NCBI GenBank assembly: GCA_964542855.1
Contig: CAZIWJ010000001.1
Span: 1 to 48,138, forward strand
Reading direction: 5' to 3'
Length of the DNA: 48,138 nt
Source: an uncultured Roseivirgaceae bacterium
GTDB lineage: Bacteria > Bacteroidota > Bacteroidia > Cytophagales > Cyclobacteriaceae
In this document: positions 29,032 to 39,128 of the stretch, piece after piece
Layout: each line of letters begins with the position of its first letter
Numbering within the stretch: position 1 is the stretch's first letter
The notes under the pieces: model-generated
What the model saw: only the letters and a program-made list of their open reading frames with translations
The model's database searches: none
What the model was told of the DNA's origin: nothing
Translations under genes and position numbers: made by a program

Positions 29032-32000
29032 TTACCTCATTCCCAGTTCTTCATTGCCGTTAGGCATCATTACCATACTGATGTCCTTTTCACTGATCAT
29101 CCGGTTCAGTGCCGGTAACTGTGCTTCCACTACCTGGTTCAATGAGGCCATTTCCTCATCGATCTGGGCCGATACAATTTTCTTGTATTCAATACCCTGC
29201 TGAGTAGGGCGGAAATCTCCTGCCGATTCATGGGTAGCCAGGTAAGCTAACCGGTTATTCAGCTTTATTCCGAAGTTAAGCGGATCCTGGTATGCCTCAT
29301 TACGAGTTTCGTGAATATTATTTTCAATTACAGTGATAGCCGCATTGAACTTGTTCACTGCGGAAATAATTTCCTCGTATTGAGGCTTATCGCCCAGTTT
29401 ACTTTTCAGGTATTCCAAATCTTTGCGCATAGCCCGGATGTCAATTACGGCCTGATGTGCTTCCGACAGCTTGTTACGAACGTCGATCAGAAAGTCGAAC
29501 TGCGCCTGTAAATCCTGCAGCGAGCTATTCACTCTCGGATCTTTCAGGATTTCAAAAGGTTGGGTTTTACTTTCCCCATTAACCTCCAGTTGCACCTGGT
29601 AATTACCCGGAACAGCTTTCGGCCCTTTTGTATTGGAAGAATACAGGATCAGCCCTTCGAAGGAAGTAGCATCCGGATATCGCATATCCCATACAAAATA
29701 GTTTGCCCCCGGTTTTGCTTCCAATTTATTCTTTTTGCTGGCTGCATTAGAGAAAGACTTAATTAGGGTACCATCTTCTTCCCTTACCGACAGCACAACC
29801 TCGTCATCGTCGTTCAGCGATTCAGGCAGATTGTAGTAAATCATAACTCCATCAGGATGATTTTCTCCTTCCAGCAGGGGGTTCCTTTTCCCACGACTGG
29901 AAGTATTGATGCGATAACTGGGCTTAGGCCGGAACAGGTGAAATTCCGCACTTGCCACGGCTTCATTCAGTTGATGAAGGGGCGTAAGATCATCAATCAG
30001 CCAGAAACTTCTTCCCTGGGTGGCTACAACAAGGTTGTTGTTTTTTACCTGGAGATCGGTGATAGGTACTTTAGGCAGATTTAAGTCGAACGGTTTCCAT
30101 GATGCTCCGTCATCGAAAGAAACATACATACCATATTCAGTACCAGCGTATAATAAGCCATCACGGTTTGGATCTAACCGAACCACGCGGGTAAAATGCA
30201 GGGGATCGATACCTTCGGTGATGGTGGTCCAGGTTTGTCCGAAATCGGAAGTTTTATAAAGATAGGGCTTAAAGTCGCCTAATTTATACTGCGTACCGGC
30301 CACGTAAACGGTTCCGGCTTTTTCCGGGTGAATGTCAATACTGTTCCACATGATCATTTTCGGTGCAGCAGGCGGAGTTACATCATCCCAGCTTTCTCCA
30401 CCGTTTCGGGTAATGTGAAGTAACCCATCATCAGAACCGGTCCAGAGGACTCCCTTTTCAGACGGACTTTCAGCGGCGGTTAGAATGTTGGCATAAAATT
30501 CTACTCCGGTGTTATCCTGGGTAATCGGGCCTCCGGAAGACTTCATGGTTTCCGGCACTGCCCGGGTTAAATCGGGACTGATGACTTCCCAGCTTTGCCC
30601 TCCGTTGGTAGTAGTATGGACCCGGTGGGAAAAAGCATATAGCTTGTCGCTGTCGTGATGTGAAAAAAACGTGGGAAAATTCCAGTTGAAGCGGTATTTC
30701 ATTACTTCAACCCCGGAACCAGCAGGGTTCAGTGGCCAAACGTTAATAGACCTTCGCTGATTATTTTCGTGGTTGTATCGGTACAGGTAACCTTTATAAT
30801 TACCCCCGTAAACGATGTCGTTATTATCCGGATCGATAGCATGGTAGGCACTTTCCCCACCGGCTGTTACTTCCCAGTCTTTTTCGGTTATGGCATTTCC
30901 ATCAGACCGGTGGCTGATACGGATTGATGAGTTATCCTGCTGTGCTCCGTAAATTCTGTAAGGAAAATGATCGTCGGTAGCAATACGGTAAAACTGAGAT
31001 GTAGGCTGGTTATGGTAGGTAGTCCAGTTTTCACCGCCGTCGGTAGAAACCTGTGCACCACCGTCGTCGCCAATAATCATTCGCTGATTATCGTTCGGAT
31101 CAATCCACAAGTCGTGGTGATCGCCGTGTGGTGCACGGTGCAGCGTCCAGGTTTTTCCTCCGTCGGTAGACTTGCCATAAGAGACGTTCATCACGTACAC
31201 CTTATTTTCATCTTGCGAGTCGGCAATAATGCGCGTATAGTACCATGCTCTGGATCGCAGGGCACGATTCCGGCTGATTTTCTTCCAGGACTTTCCACCA
31301 TCATCAGAGCGAAAAACTCCTCCGTCATCGGCTTCAATTAACGCCCACACCCGGTTTGAATTTACCGGTGATACGGTAACACCGATAATTCCCCTTGGGG
31401 CTTCGGGCATATTGGGTAATTCGGTAAGCTTTTCCCAGGTTGCACCGGAATCGGTACTTTTCCACAAGTCCGAGCCTGGCCCACCGCTGGAGAAGTTGTA
31501 AGGCGTACGACGTACATTCCAGGTAGAAGCGTACAGCACGCGCGGGTTGTTAGGGTCGATTACCAGGTCTACCGCACCAGCATCCTCGTTGGCAAAAAGA
31601 ACTTTTTTCCATGATTTTCCACCGTCAGTGCTTTTATAAACACCGCGGGAATCAGACGACTTCCATAAATCGCCCATGGCGGCAACGTACACGATATCCG
31701 GGTTTTCCGGGTGAACACGAATCCGGCCGATGTGCCGGGTATCTTTTAAGCCTACAAACTCCCAGCTATCGCCAGCATTGGTCGATTTCCATACACCAAA
31801 ACCAGAGGAAACATTACCTCTTACGGTTTTTTCTCCCTGACCGGCATAAATAACATTGGGGTCTGATTCAGCCACGGCAACCGATCCGATAGAATTACCG
31901 AAGTATCCGTCCGATATGTTTTTCCAGGTGGATCCACCGTCGTTGGTTTTCCATACTCCACCCCCTACCGAGCCAAAATAGTAAGTGTTCCGATCGCCAG

Positions 32001-32196
32001 GAACACCGGCAACTGTGCTGGAACGTCCTCCCCGATAGGGGCCGATATTTCGATATTTAATAGCAGAATAAAGCGACTCATCGTAGTCTACGGTCGCAGA
32101 TTTTTTTCTTCGTTGGGCATTACTTTCGTGGCTATAAGTGTGCAACACCAGAAAGCAAAGCAACAGGTAAATTCCTTTTCTCATAATTGCTAACAA
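29032..32196 (-). CDS. large secreted BNR/Asp-box repeat (sortilin/Vps10-like, double beta-propeller) protein, usually annotated as a glycosyl hydrolase
   Basis: The 1054-aa product has a signal peptide and at least 11 Asp-box motifs (S/T-x-D-x-G-x-T/S-W). Examples are TNDGGSTWKN, STDGGKSWKK, STDSGATWEK, SDDGGKSWKK, STDGGKTWT, STDGGENWT, TTNGGQSWEV, TRNGGESWDD and TSDFGQTWTT. A C-terminal non-propeller region of about 300 aa follows. Confidence 0.8.
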   Translation of the reverse strand: MLAIMRKGIYLLLCFLVLHTYSHESNAQRRKKSATVDYDESLYSAIKYRNIGPYRGGRSSTVAGVPGDRNTYYFGSVGGGVWKTNDGGSTWKNISDGYFGNSIGSVAVAESDPNVIYAGQGEKTVRGNVSSGFGVWKSTNAGDSWEFVGLKDTRHIGRIRVHPENPDIVYVAAMGDLWKSSDSRGVYKSTDGGKSWKKVLFANEDAGAVDLVIDPNNPRVLYASTWNVRRTPYNFSSGGPGSDLWKSTDSGATWEKLTELPNMPEAPRGIIGVTVSPVNSNRVWALIEADDGGVFRSDDGGKSWKKISRNRALRSRAWYYTRIIADSQDENKVYVMNVSYGKSTDGGKTWTLHRAPHGDHHDLWIDPNDNQRMIIGDDGGAQVSTDGGENWTTYHNQPTSQFYRIATDDHFPYRIYGAQQDNSSIRISHRSDGNAITEKDWEVTAGGESAYHAIDPDNNDIVYGGNYKGYLYRYNHENNQRRSINVWPLNPAGSGVEVMKYRFNWNFPTFFSHHDSDKLYAFSHRVHTTTNGGQSWEVISPDLTRAVPETMKSSGGPITQDNTGVEFYANILTAAESPSEKGVLWTGSDDGLLHITRNGGESWDDVTPPAAPKMIMWNSIDIHPEKAGTVYVAGTQYKLGDFKPYLYKTSDFGQTWTTITEGIDPLHFTRVVRLDPNRDGLLYAGTEYGMYVSFDDGASWKPFDLNLPKVPITDLQVKNNNLVVATQGRSFWLIDDLTPLHQLNEAVASAEFHLFRPKPSYRINTSSRGKRNPLLEGENHPDGVMIYYNLPESLNDDDEVVLSVREEDGTLIKSFSNAASKKNKLEAKPGANYFVWDMRYPDATSFEGLILYSSNTKGPKAVPGNYQVQLEVNGESKTQPFEILKDPRVNSSLQDLQAQFDFLIDVRNKLSEAHQAVIDIRAMRKDLEYLKSKLGDKPQYEEIISAVNKFNAAITVIENNIHETRNEAYQDPLNFGIKLNNRLAYLATHESAGDFRPTQQGIEYKKIVSAQIDEEMASLNQVVEAQLPALNRMISEKDISMVMMPNGNEELGMR

Positions 32197-32286
32197 GTTT
32201 TGTATTTTATTAACTTAAATTAAGCATCTTGGAAGTTGAGAGCAAACAAACCTGATAAACGCCAGACTTTTCTATACGACCCGGCA

Positions 32287-33456
32287 TTATTTTTTCTTTA
32301 AGTGCTTAATGTGTGCAAGAATATTGCGCAGGCTGTCCAGGTTATGTGCGGGAGCAAACACATCAATGAAAGGCATAGCAGCCTCCATTCCTTTCACGCT
32401 GGGCGTGTAATCTTCATTCCCTGCTAAAGGATTCAGCCAGATTACCCCTCCCGATCGTTTATGTATAAATTCCATACTTTCTTCCAGTATATCTGTATCC
32501 CCGGTATCCCAGCCATCACTGATAACTAACACAATCGTGCGGCCGTCCAGCATGCGGTTACCATATTCCCGGCAGAATTGTTGAAACGACTCTCCGATGC
32601 GGGTACCTCCCGACCAGCCATCTACTTTTCGGCTAATTTCTTCCAGCGCCACTGAAAAGTCGCGATGCTGCAGCGAACCTGAAACGTGGTAAAGAGAGGT
32701 ACTGAATACAAAGGTTTCAATGCGTTTATATACCGATTGGAAAGCGTAAATGAACTGAACCAGGAAGCGGGAGTACAGGTCCATCGATTTGCTTACATCG
32801 CAAAGCATGACCAGCTTCAGGTTGCGGATTTTTTTTCGTTTGTAAGCCAGCTCCACTATTTCTCCTCCCCGCCGCATATTTTTACGAATAGTTTGCTTCA
32901 CGTCGAAATTACGTTGCTGCCGGGTATTTCTGTAGCGCCGCTGGGAGCGGCGGGCCAGGGTTTTACCCATCATGGATACCAGTTGTGTAACTTCGTGCAG
33001 TTCTTCATCTGTGAACGTACTGAAATCCTGCATGCTTTTTACTTTGCCTGCGCTGTAAGTAGCTGTTTCCAAAGTGTCTTCAGCCGATTTTTCACCATTC
33101 ACCCAGCTTTTCAGCGACTGCACCGTTGGCAGGTTATTTTTATTTGCACTGCTGCCACTATTGCTTTCTTTCGTTGGTTTTTCTTCCTCTTTTTGCTTAG
33201 CGTCTGAAGCTTTTTCCAGTTCGCGCCAGTACTGCTGGTATAGTTCATCGAAAACCATCTGCTCACCTACGCTACGGGTGAGAATAGCCTTCATTACTTT
33301 CTGCATGGTGTCCTGATCGCGAAAAGGTACTACTTCGAGCGCTTTCATAGCGTCCATGTAGTCGTTAGGCCCTAACCTGAACCCCTGTTTCCGCAGAAAC
33401 CGGCACAAACCAACAATATTGGCGCTTAATGATGTTTGACGGGTAACTAGCTCCAT
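32287..33456 (-). CDS. coxE: VWA-domain protein, CoxE-like
   Basis: The 389-aa product has a C-terminal VWA domain with the MIDAS motif DVSKSM. It lies downstream of a MoxR/CoxD-like ATPase next to a cox-type molybdoenzyme cluster. Confidence 0.75.
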   Translation of the reverse strand: MELVTRQTSLSANIVGLCRFLRKQGFRLGPNDYMDAMKALEVVPFRDQDTMQKVMKAILTRSVGEQMVFDELYQQYWRELEKASDAKQKEEEKPTKESNSGSSANKNNLPTVQSLKSWVNGEKSAEDTLETATYSAGKVKSMQDFSTFTDEELHEVTQLVSMMGKTLARRSQRRYRNTRQQRNFDVKQTIRKNMRRGGEIVELAYKRKKIRNLKLVMLCDVSKSMDLYSRFLVQFIYAFQSVYKRIETFVFSTSLYHVSGSLQHRDFSVALEEISRKVDGWSGGTRIGESFQQFCREYGNRMLDGRTIVLVISDGWDTGDTDILEESMEFIHKRSGGVIWLNPLAGNEDYTPSVKGMEAAMPFIDVFAPAHNLDSLRNILAHIKHLKKK

Positions 33457-33575
33457 AACATCCTGTAATTCACCTGTTATTATTTAGAAAACAACTTAAA
33501 TGAATAATTTAATTTCTTCGGCCCAGACCTGGTCATAGCCGACAGATTAGCCTGAACGGGTTCACCGGATTTTAA

Positions 33576-34478
33576 TCATATTTGCTCGAACCTGGATTTC
33601 AGCCCGGCTTTTTCCATTAATTCAGAGAGGGAATCACGGGTATTGCGAACATCAGTCCAGTCTTTCAACACTACCCCAAGTACATCTTCTAGCATTTCTT
33701 TTTCCAGGTGATCGATATGGAGCGAGGCCAGGGCAGAGGCAAAATCGAGGGTTTCTGCCACGCCTGGAACTTTCTCCAGTTTCATGGCCCGTACTTCCCT
33801 CATGAACGCACAGATCTGTTCAGCCAGCCTGGTATCAACTCCCGGCACCTTATTCTGAACGATTTGAACTTCTTTTTCAAACGTTGGATAGTCGACCCAT
33901 AAATACAGGCATCTTCTCCGTAGGGCTTCTGAAAGTTCCCGAACCCGATTACTGGTAATAACCACATGCGGAAGGTGATTCGCCGCAATGGTACCAATTT
34001 CGGGAATGGTAATTTGCCAGTCGGAGAAAACCTCCAGCATAAAGCTCTCGAATTCTTCATCCGAGCGGTCTACTTCATCGACAAGCAGTACAGGTGCTTT
34101 TGGGTGGGTAATCGCCTCCAGCAATGGGCGTTTCATTAAAAAATCCTCACTGAATATAGTTGCTTCTTTCTGCTCGACCGTTTTACTGGAATTCTCTTCC
34201 ATTTTCAGATGGAGCAGCTGTTTCTGGTAGTTCCATTCGTACAGAGCATGGGTTGCATCGAGCCCTTCGTAACATTGCAACCGAATCAGGTCAGTTTCGA
34301 GCGCTTTAGCCATCACTTTGGCGATTTCAGTTTTTCCCACTCCGGCAGGACCCTCAATAAGCAGAGGCTTATTTAATTTCATGGAAAGAAATATAGACAT
34401 CACTATGCTCTTTTCAGTAACATAGTTCTGTTCCTCAAGCATGTGCTGGATTTTATCCAGCTCGGCATTCTGTACCAT
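33576..34478 (-). CDS. coxD: MoxR-class AAA+ ATPase, CoxD-like
   Basis: The 300-aa product has Walker A GPAGVGKT and Walker B LLVDEVDR, with the typical MoxR length and context. Confidence 0.85.
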   Translation of the reverse strand: MVQNAELDKIQHMLEEQNYVTEKSIVMSIFLSMKLNKPLLIEGPAGVGKTEIAKVMAKALETDLIRLQCYEGLDATHALYEWNYQKQLLHLKMEENSSKTVEQKEATIFSEDFLMKRPLLEAITHPKAPVLLVDEVDRSDEEFESFMLEVFSDWQITIPEIGTIAANHLPHVVITSNRVRELSEALRRRCLYLWVDYPTFEKEVQIVQNKVPGVDTRLAEQICAFMREVRAMKLEKVPGVAETLDFASALASLHIDHLEKEMLEDVLGVVLKDWTDVRNTRDSLSELMEKAGLKSRFEQI

Positions 34479-34570
34479 ATCAGGTGTGCTGGTTTTTCGT
34501 GATTTGGTAATATACTAAAACCGAAAATTTAAGGATAATTGGTTGAAATAAAGTGATCATATTGCTGCTA

Positions 34571-34595
34571 TAAAAAAAGGCGGGAATACCCGCCT
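34571..34595 (-). terminator. rho-independent terminator between coxM and coxD
   Basis: The minus-strand RNA reads AGGCGGG-UAUU-CCCGCCU, a perfect 7-bp GC-rich stem with a tetraloop, followed by UUUUUUUA. It starts about 25 nt after the coxM stop. Confidence 0.8.
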
Positions 34596-34619
34596 AATTG
34601 ATGCAAAAAAATCAGCACT

Positions 34620-35471
34620 TTACGATGCGGCCATCAAGGCACGCTTCACATAAGTTTTCGCCAGGTGCTTACGGTACTCTTCAGAAGCAAAGTGATCGCT
34701 CAGGATTTCCATATCTTCTGCAGCAGCATTGGCAGCAGCCTCGATGTTTTCTTTGGTAAGTTGTTTACCAACAAGTGCATCCTCAACGGCTGTTTCGCGA
34801 TATGCGTAGTTCGATACACCGGTCAGGCTTACCCTGGCCCGGTCGCAAACCCCGTTATTTTCAGTTATAGCAACAGCCGCACCTACGATTGCGAACCGGG
34901 AGGCCGGCTGTACGAACTTCTGGTAGCTGCTTTTCGTGTTAGCTGGTAGAGCAGGCACCCTAATTTCCGTAATAATCTCATTTTCTTCCAGCTTGGTCAG
35001 ATAAATATCCTCGAAGAAATCGGCAATAGGAATGCTACGCTTACCGTTTTTACCAGCTATCACAATATTAGCTTCTGCTGCAATCAGGGTAGCAGGCCAG
35101 TCGGCAGCAGGATCAGCGTGAGCCAGGCTTCCACCCAGCGTTCCTTTATTCCGTACCTGTACGTCGCCAATCATGTTACCGGCTTCAGCAATAAAAGGAA
35201 GCTTATCTTTCACCAGGGCCGATTCAGCAATTTCCCGGTGCGTTGAGAGGGCACCAATTACCACTTCACCATTTTCCTCGCGGATGTAACGGAGCTCAGG
35301 TATTTTGGCGATATCGATCAGCACGGCCGGGCTGTTCAGCCTTAGCTTTAGTGCCGGAATTAAACTATGTCCACCCGACACAATTTTGGCGTCCATACCA
35401 TGTACTTCCAACAGTTGTATGGCCTCATCTACCGATGAGGCTCTTTTATAATCGAATGCGGTAGGTATCAT
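34620..35471 (-). CDS. coxM: molybdopterin dehydrogenase FAD-binding (medium) subunit, CoxM-like
   Basis: The 283-aa product has an FAD_binding_5 pattern (ASSVDEAIQLL......KIVSGGHSLIP) and a CO_deh_flav_C-like C-terminus. It overlaps coxL by 4 bp. Confidence 0.9.
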   Translation of the reverse strand: MIPTAFDYKRASSVDEAIQLLEVHGMDAKIVSGGHSLIPALKLRLNSPAVLIDIAKIPELRYIREENGEVVIGALSTHREIAESALVKDKLPFIAEAGNMIGDVQVRNKGTLGGSLAHADPAADWPATLIAAEANIVIAGKNGKRSIPIADFFEDIYLTKLEENEIITEIRVPALPANTKSSYQKFVQPASRFAIVGAAVAITENNGVCDRARVSLTGVSNYAYRETAVEDALVGKQLTKENIEAAANAAAEDMEILSDHFASEEYRKHLAKTYVKRALMAAS

Positions 35472-37864
35472 GCTTCTACTTTTTGTGCGTTTTTAGCTTC
35501 ATTAATGGCAGTCCATACTTTCTGCGGAGTAAGTGGCATTTCCAGGTTAGGGATAGCTCCATATGCCTTATGAATGGCATCCTGAACAGCGTTTACCACA
35601 GCAGGAGTTGAACCAATACAACCGGCTTCACCAGCTCCTTTAACACCCAGCGGGTTATGCGGGCAGGGGGTAGTAGTTTTATCTACTTCAAACATCGGGA
35701 AGTCATCGGCGCGCGGCATGGTATAATCCATATACGATCCGTTGATTAACTGGCCATACTCGTCGTACTGGGCTCCTTCGTACAACGCCTGTCCGATACC
35801 CTGTACCACACCACCGTGGATCTGACCTTCTACGATCATGGGGTTAACCACATTTCCAACGTCGTCGACAGCTACAAAACGCTTTACTGTGGTTTTTCCG
35901 GTATCCGGGTCCAGTTCTACCACACAGATGTGAGTACCAAACGGATAAGTAAAGTTAGTTGGATCGTAAAAGCTGGAGAAATCCAGTCCGGGTTCAAGGC
36001 CTTCCGGGTAATCGTGCGGTACGTAAGCCGTTAAGGAAACATCAGCAAAGGTGATTGACTTATCGGTACCCTTCACGGTCCATTTCCCGTTGGAATATTC
36101 AATATCCTCTTCGTTGGCTTCCAACTTGTGAGCGGCAATCTTGGTTCCTTTTTCAATTACCTTTTCCACGCTCTTTACGATGGAACTACCCCCTACGGCA
36201 AGGCTTCTGGATCCGTAAGTACCCATACCAAAGGCAACTGAATCGGAATCGCCGTGTACGATTTCAACATCCTCCAGCGGAATACCGAACTTCTCGGCAA
36301 CAACCTGGGCAAATGTTGTTTCGTGACCCTGTCCGTGAGAATGCGATCCGGTAAACACACTTACCTTACCGGTAGGCTGCACACGTACCTGGCTACTTTC
36401 GTACAACCCGGCACGGGCGCCCAGTGCTCCTACCACGGCCGATGGAGCGATACCGCAGGCTTCAATGTAGGTTGAGAAGCCTACCCCCAGCATTTTACCA
36501 TTTTTCAGTGCTTCTTCCTGTTCTTTTCGGAAGCCGGCGTAATCCAGCACAGCCAGGCCTTTCTGGAAATTGGCATCGTAGTCGCCACTATCGTACTGTA
36601 AGGCAACCTGGGTCATATATCCAGGTTCGTTTACCCCATCGAAAGCAGGGATGAAGTTCTGCTGACGCAAGTCGGCAGGATCCATTCCCATTTCCAGCGC
36701 AGCTGTATCCATCATGCGCTCTAGCAGATAAGTAGCCTCCGGACGACCGGCTCCACGGTAGGCATCTACCGGTGTAGTATGCGTAAATGCCACGTTCATA
36801 TCAAGGTATATTGCCGGAGTGGTATAAACTCCCTGCAACAGGGTACCATGCAAGTAAGTAGGAATTGCCGGGCCGAAAGTAGACAGGTAAGCTCCCAGGT
36901 TAGCGTACGTTTTAACACGAAGCCCCATGATGTTACCTTCCTGGTCAAAGCCCATTTCAGCCTTGGATATGTGGTCGCGACCGTGAGCGTCGGTCATGAA
37001 CGATTCACTACGCTCGGCCGTCCATTTTACCGGGCGGCCCAGTTGCTTGGAACACCAGGTTACCAGTGCCTCTTCCGCGTAGTGGAAAATTTTGGCACCA
37101 AATCCACCCCCTACGTCGGGGCCAACCACCCGGACTTTATGTTCGGGAATACCCAGCACAAATGCCGACATCAGTAAACGGATCAGGTGGGGGTTTTGGG
37201 TAGAAGTATACAAGGTATGCTTTTCGCGTGCAGCATCATAATCACCGATGGCAGCGCGTGGCTCAATCGGGTTGGGAATCATGCGCTGATTAATGAACTC
37301 CATGGTGGTTACATGGTGCGCATTGGCAATAGCATCATCAGCTTTGGCTTTGTCGCCGATTTCCCAGTCGAAAGGCTTATTGTTCGGTACATCATCGTGT
37401 ACCAGCGGTGCACCATCTTCCAATGCTTTCTGGGCATTAGTTACTGCATCCAGTTCTTCGTAGTCGATGATTACCACATCGGCAGCATCAACGGCAATAT
37501 CCCTGGATTCGGCAATAACAATGGCCACTCCATCACCCATGTAGCGAGCTTTATCGGCCACCAGCATGGGGTGTGGTGGTTCTTTCATGGTATCGCCGTT
37601 CTTGAAATCGACCTGCCATCCGGTAGGAATGCCATTTACGCCAGAATCGGCAATATCTTTACCCGTGTAAACGGCTACCACACCGTCCATTTCCAATGCT
37701 TCTGAGGCATCGATACTCAAAATTTTGGCGTGTGCATACGGGCTTCTGATTATGTAGCCGTACGTCATATTAGGCAGTACCATATCATCAACGTACTTAC
37801 CTTTTCCTGTCAGGAATCGCTTGTCTTCAACTCGCTTTACGGATTGTCCTATTAAACTGCTCAT
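35468..37864 (-). CDS. coxL: molybdopterin-binding large subunit of a form-II CO-dehydrogenase-like (xanthine dehydrogenase family) enzyme
   Basis: The 798-aa product starts with [23 protein letters not shown]. The active-site loop reads AYRGAGR (residues 368-374, encoded at 36743-36763, checked codon by codon). That is the form-II signature, not the form-I VAYRCSFR. Confidence 0.9.
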   Translation of the reverse strand: MSSLIGQSVKRVEDKRFLTGKGKYVDDMVLPNMTYGYIIRSPYAHAKILSIDASEALEMDGVVAVYTGKDIADSGVNGIPTGWQVDFKNGDTMKEPPHPMLVADKARYMGDGVAIVIAESRDIAVDAADVVIIDYEELDAVTNAQKALEDGAPLVHDDVPNNKPFDWEIGDKAKADDAIANAHHVTTMEFINQRMIPNPIEPRAAIGDYDAAREKHTLYTSTQNPHLIRLLMSAFVLGIPEHKVRVVGPDVGGGFGAKIFHYAEEALVTWCSKQLGRPVKWTAERSESFMTDAHGRDHISKAEMGFDQEGNIMGLRVKTYANLGAYLSTFGPAIPTYLHGTLLQGVYTTPAIYLDMNVAFTHTTPVDAYRGAGRPEATYLLERMMDTAALEMGMDPADLRQQNFIPAFDGVNEPGYMTQVALQYDSGDYDANFQKGLAVLDYAGFRKEQEEALKNGKMLGVGFSTYIEACGIAPSAVVGALGARAGLYESSQVRVQPTGKVSVFTGSHSHGQGHETTFAQVVAEKFGIPLEDVEIVHGDSDSVAFGMGTYGSRSLAVGGSSIVKSVEKVIEKGTKIAAHKLEANEEDIEYSNGKWTVKGTDKSITFADVSLTAYVPHDYPEGLEPGLDFSSFYDPTNFTYPFGTHICVVELDPDTGKTTVKRFVAVDDVGNVVNPMIVEGQIHGGVVQGIGQALYEGAQYDEYGQLINGSYMDYTMPRADDFPMFEVDKTTTPCPHNPLGVKGAGEAGCIGSTPAVVNAVQDAIHKAYGAIPNLEMPLTPQKVWTAINEAKNAQKVEA

Positions 37865-38349
37865 AGTGCTACTTCCTCTGGTTTTTTCATTTTTTTAGCT
37901 GCATACTGAATAGACTTCACAATGTTGTGATAGCCGGTACAACGGCAGAAATTACCTTCCAGCGAGTGCCGGATTTCTTGTTCCGATGGATCCGGGTTAC
38001 CCTTTAATAAATCATAGGCCATCATTATCATACCCGGTGTACAGAATCCACATTGCAGGCCGTGCTCTTCGCGGAAACCTTCCTGAATAGGATGCAGTTT
38101 CTCGCCGTCAGCGAGCCCTTCTACTGTGAGTACTTCCGAACCATCGGCCTGTACGGCCAATAGGGTACATGCTTTGGTTGCCTTGCCGTCCATTATTACT
38201 GTGCAGGCACCGCAGCCACTGGTATCGCAACCAATGTGGGCACCCGTAAGACTCAGTTTGTCGCGCAGGTAATGAACAAGCAGCATTCTAGGTTCCACTT
38301 CGTGGGCATACTGTTTTCCGTTAACAGTAACGTTGATCGAAACTCCCAT
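37861..38349 (-). CDS. coxS: [2Fe-2S] small subunit, CoxS-like
   Basis: The 162-aa product carries both cluster motifs, [12 protein letters not shown] and CGFCTPG...CRCTGY. It overlaps coxL by 4 bp. Confidence 0.9.
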   Translation of the reverse strand: MGVSINVTVNGKQYAHEVEPRMLLVHYLRDKLSLTGAHIGCDTSGCGACTVIMDGKATKACTLLAVQADGSEVLTVEGLADGEKLHPIQEGFREEHGLQCGFCTPGMIMMAYDLLKGNPDPSEQEIRHSLEGNFCRCTGYHNIVKSIQYAAKKMKKPEEVAL

Positions 38350-38408
38350 TTGCTTGTTAGTTTTAGATTTAGGCGTGATATGAATAAATAAATATATGCG
38401 TGTAAAAC

Positions 38409-39128
38409 TCAGTTACTGGAACTGAAAAGGTTTCTGAAAAACCGGCCGATACCAGCAAAAAAGCCACTGCTTTTCAGGCCTTCCTTTAGTTGTTCACCCT
38501 CTTCCTCTTTAGTTGATGAAGCGGTGGCTGTAGCCGTTTCGGTTGAATGAGAAGCGGCAGCAGCTGTTTCCTGAATAGCTGGTTCCTGCACGGATGAGGG
38601 AGTGGCTTCAGGTTCGGGGGTAGTTGCCTGTACTGGTTCTTCAGTAACTGGTTGTGCGGCTGCTGCAGTTGCTGCATCGCGTTCCCCGGCCGAGGTAACT
38701 TCCTGTTCTAGCGCCTCGAAAAACTGGCGGGTAAGGGTGTTGGCCACGCCGCTTAGCACACGCTGCCCTGTACGGGCCAATGTACCCGACAATTTGGCGT
38801 CGCCCGCGAAAACAATTTCAGTTTCGTTTTCAGCTGATGGGCTAAAGCTGATTTTTCCTTCGGCAGAAACATTACCGATCCGGCTGTTTTGCTTCATTTT
38901 TAAAACGAAACTTTCATTTTCAACCTTGTTAGCAACTTGCATATCACCCGTAAACCGACCACTTACCGGCCCCAGTTTTACTTCTGATATAGCTTTGTAC
39001 TTATCTTCTTCCGTGGCTTCAAGCGATTTGATACCGGGGGTTACCCTGGCCAGAGTTTCAGGATCCAGAATAACTTTCCAAATTGCCTGCGGGCTAGCCT
39101 TGATGGTGTGAGTTCCCTCTAGATGCAT
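38409..39128 (-). CDS. coxG: SRPBCC/CoxG-family protein with an extended low-complexity tail
   Basis: The N-terminal 145 aa or so match the CoxG pattern ([37 protein letters not shown]...GPVSGRFTG). The C-terminal 95 aa or so form an Ala/Thr/Glu/Pro-rich linker ending in an amphipathic Phe-rich segment ([14 protein letters not shown]). Confidence 0.75.
   Translation of the reverse strand: MHLEGTHTIKASPQAIWKVILDPETLARVTPGIKSLEATEEDKYKAISEVKLGPVSGRFTGDMQVANKVENESFVLKMKQNSRIGNVSAEGKISFSPSAENETEIVFAGDAKLSGTLARTGQRVLSGVANTLTRQFFEALEQEVTSAGERDAATAAAAQPVTEEPVQATTPEPEATPSSVQEPAIQETAAAASHSTETATATASSTKEEEGEQLKEGLKSSGFFAGIGRFFRNLFSSSN

Noticed and set aside
32287-34478. The MoxR AAA+ and VWA pair as a standalone conflict or defence-type ternary system.
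   Set aside because: The pair is on the same strand as, and immediately downstream of, coxG-S-L-M. Its sizes and motifs fit CoxD and CoxE. No third component (for example a vWA-MoxR-associated protease, effector or NTPase) lies nearby. The cofactor-maturation interpretation is simpler.
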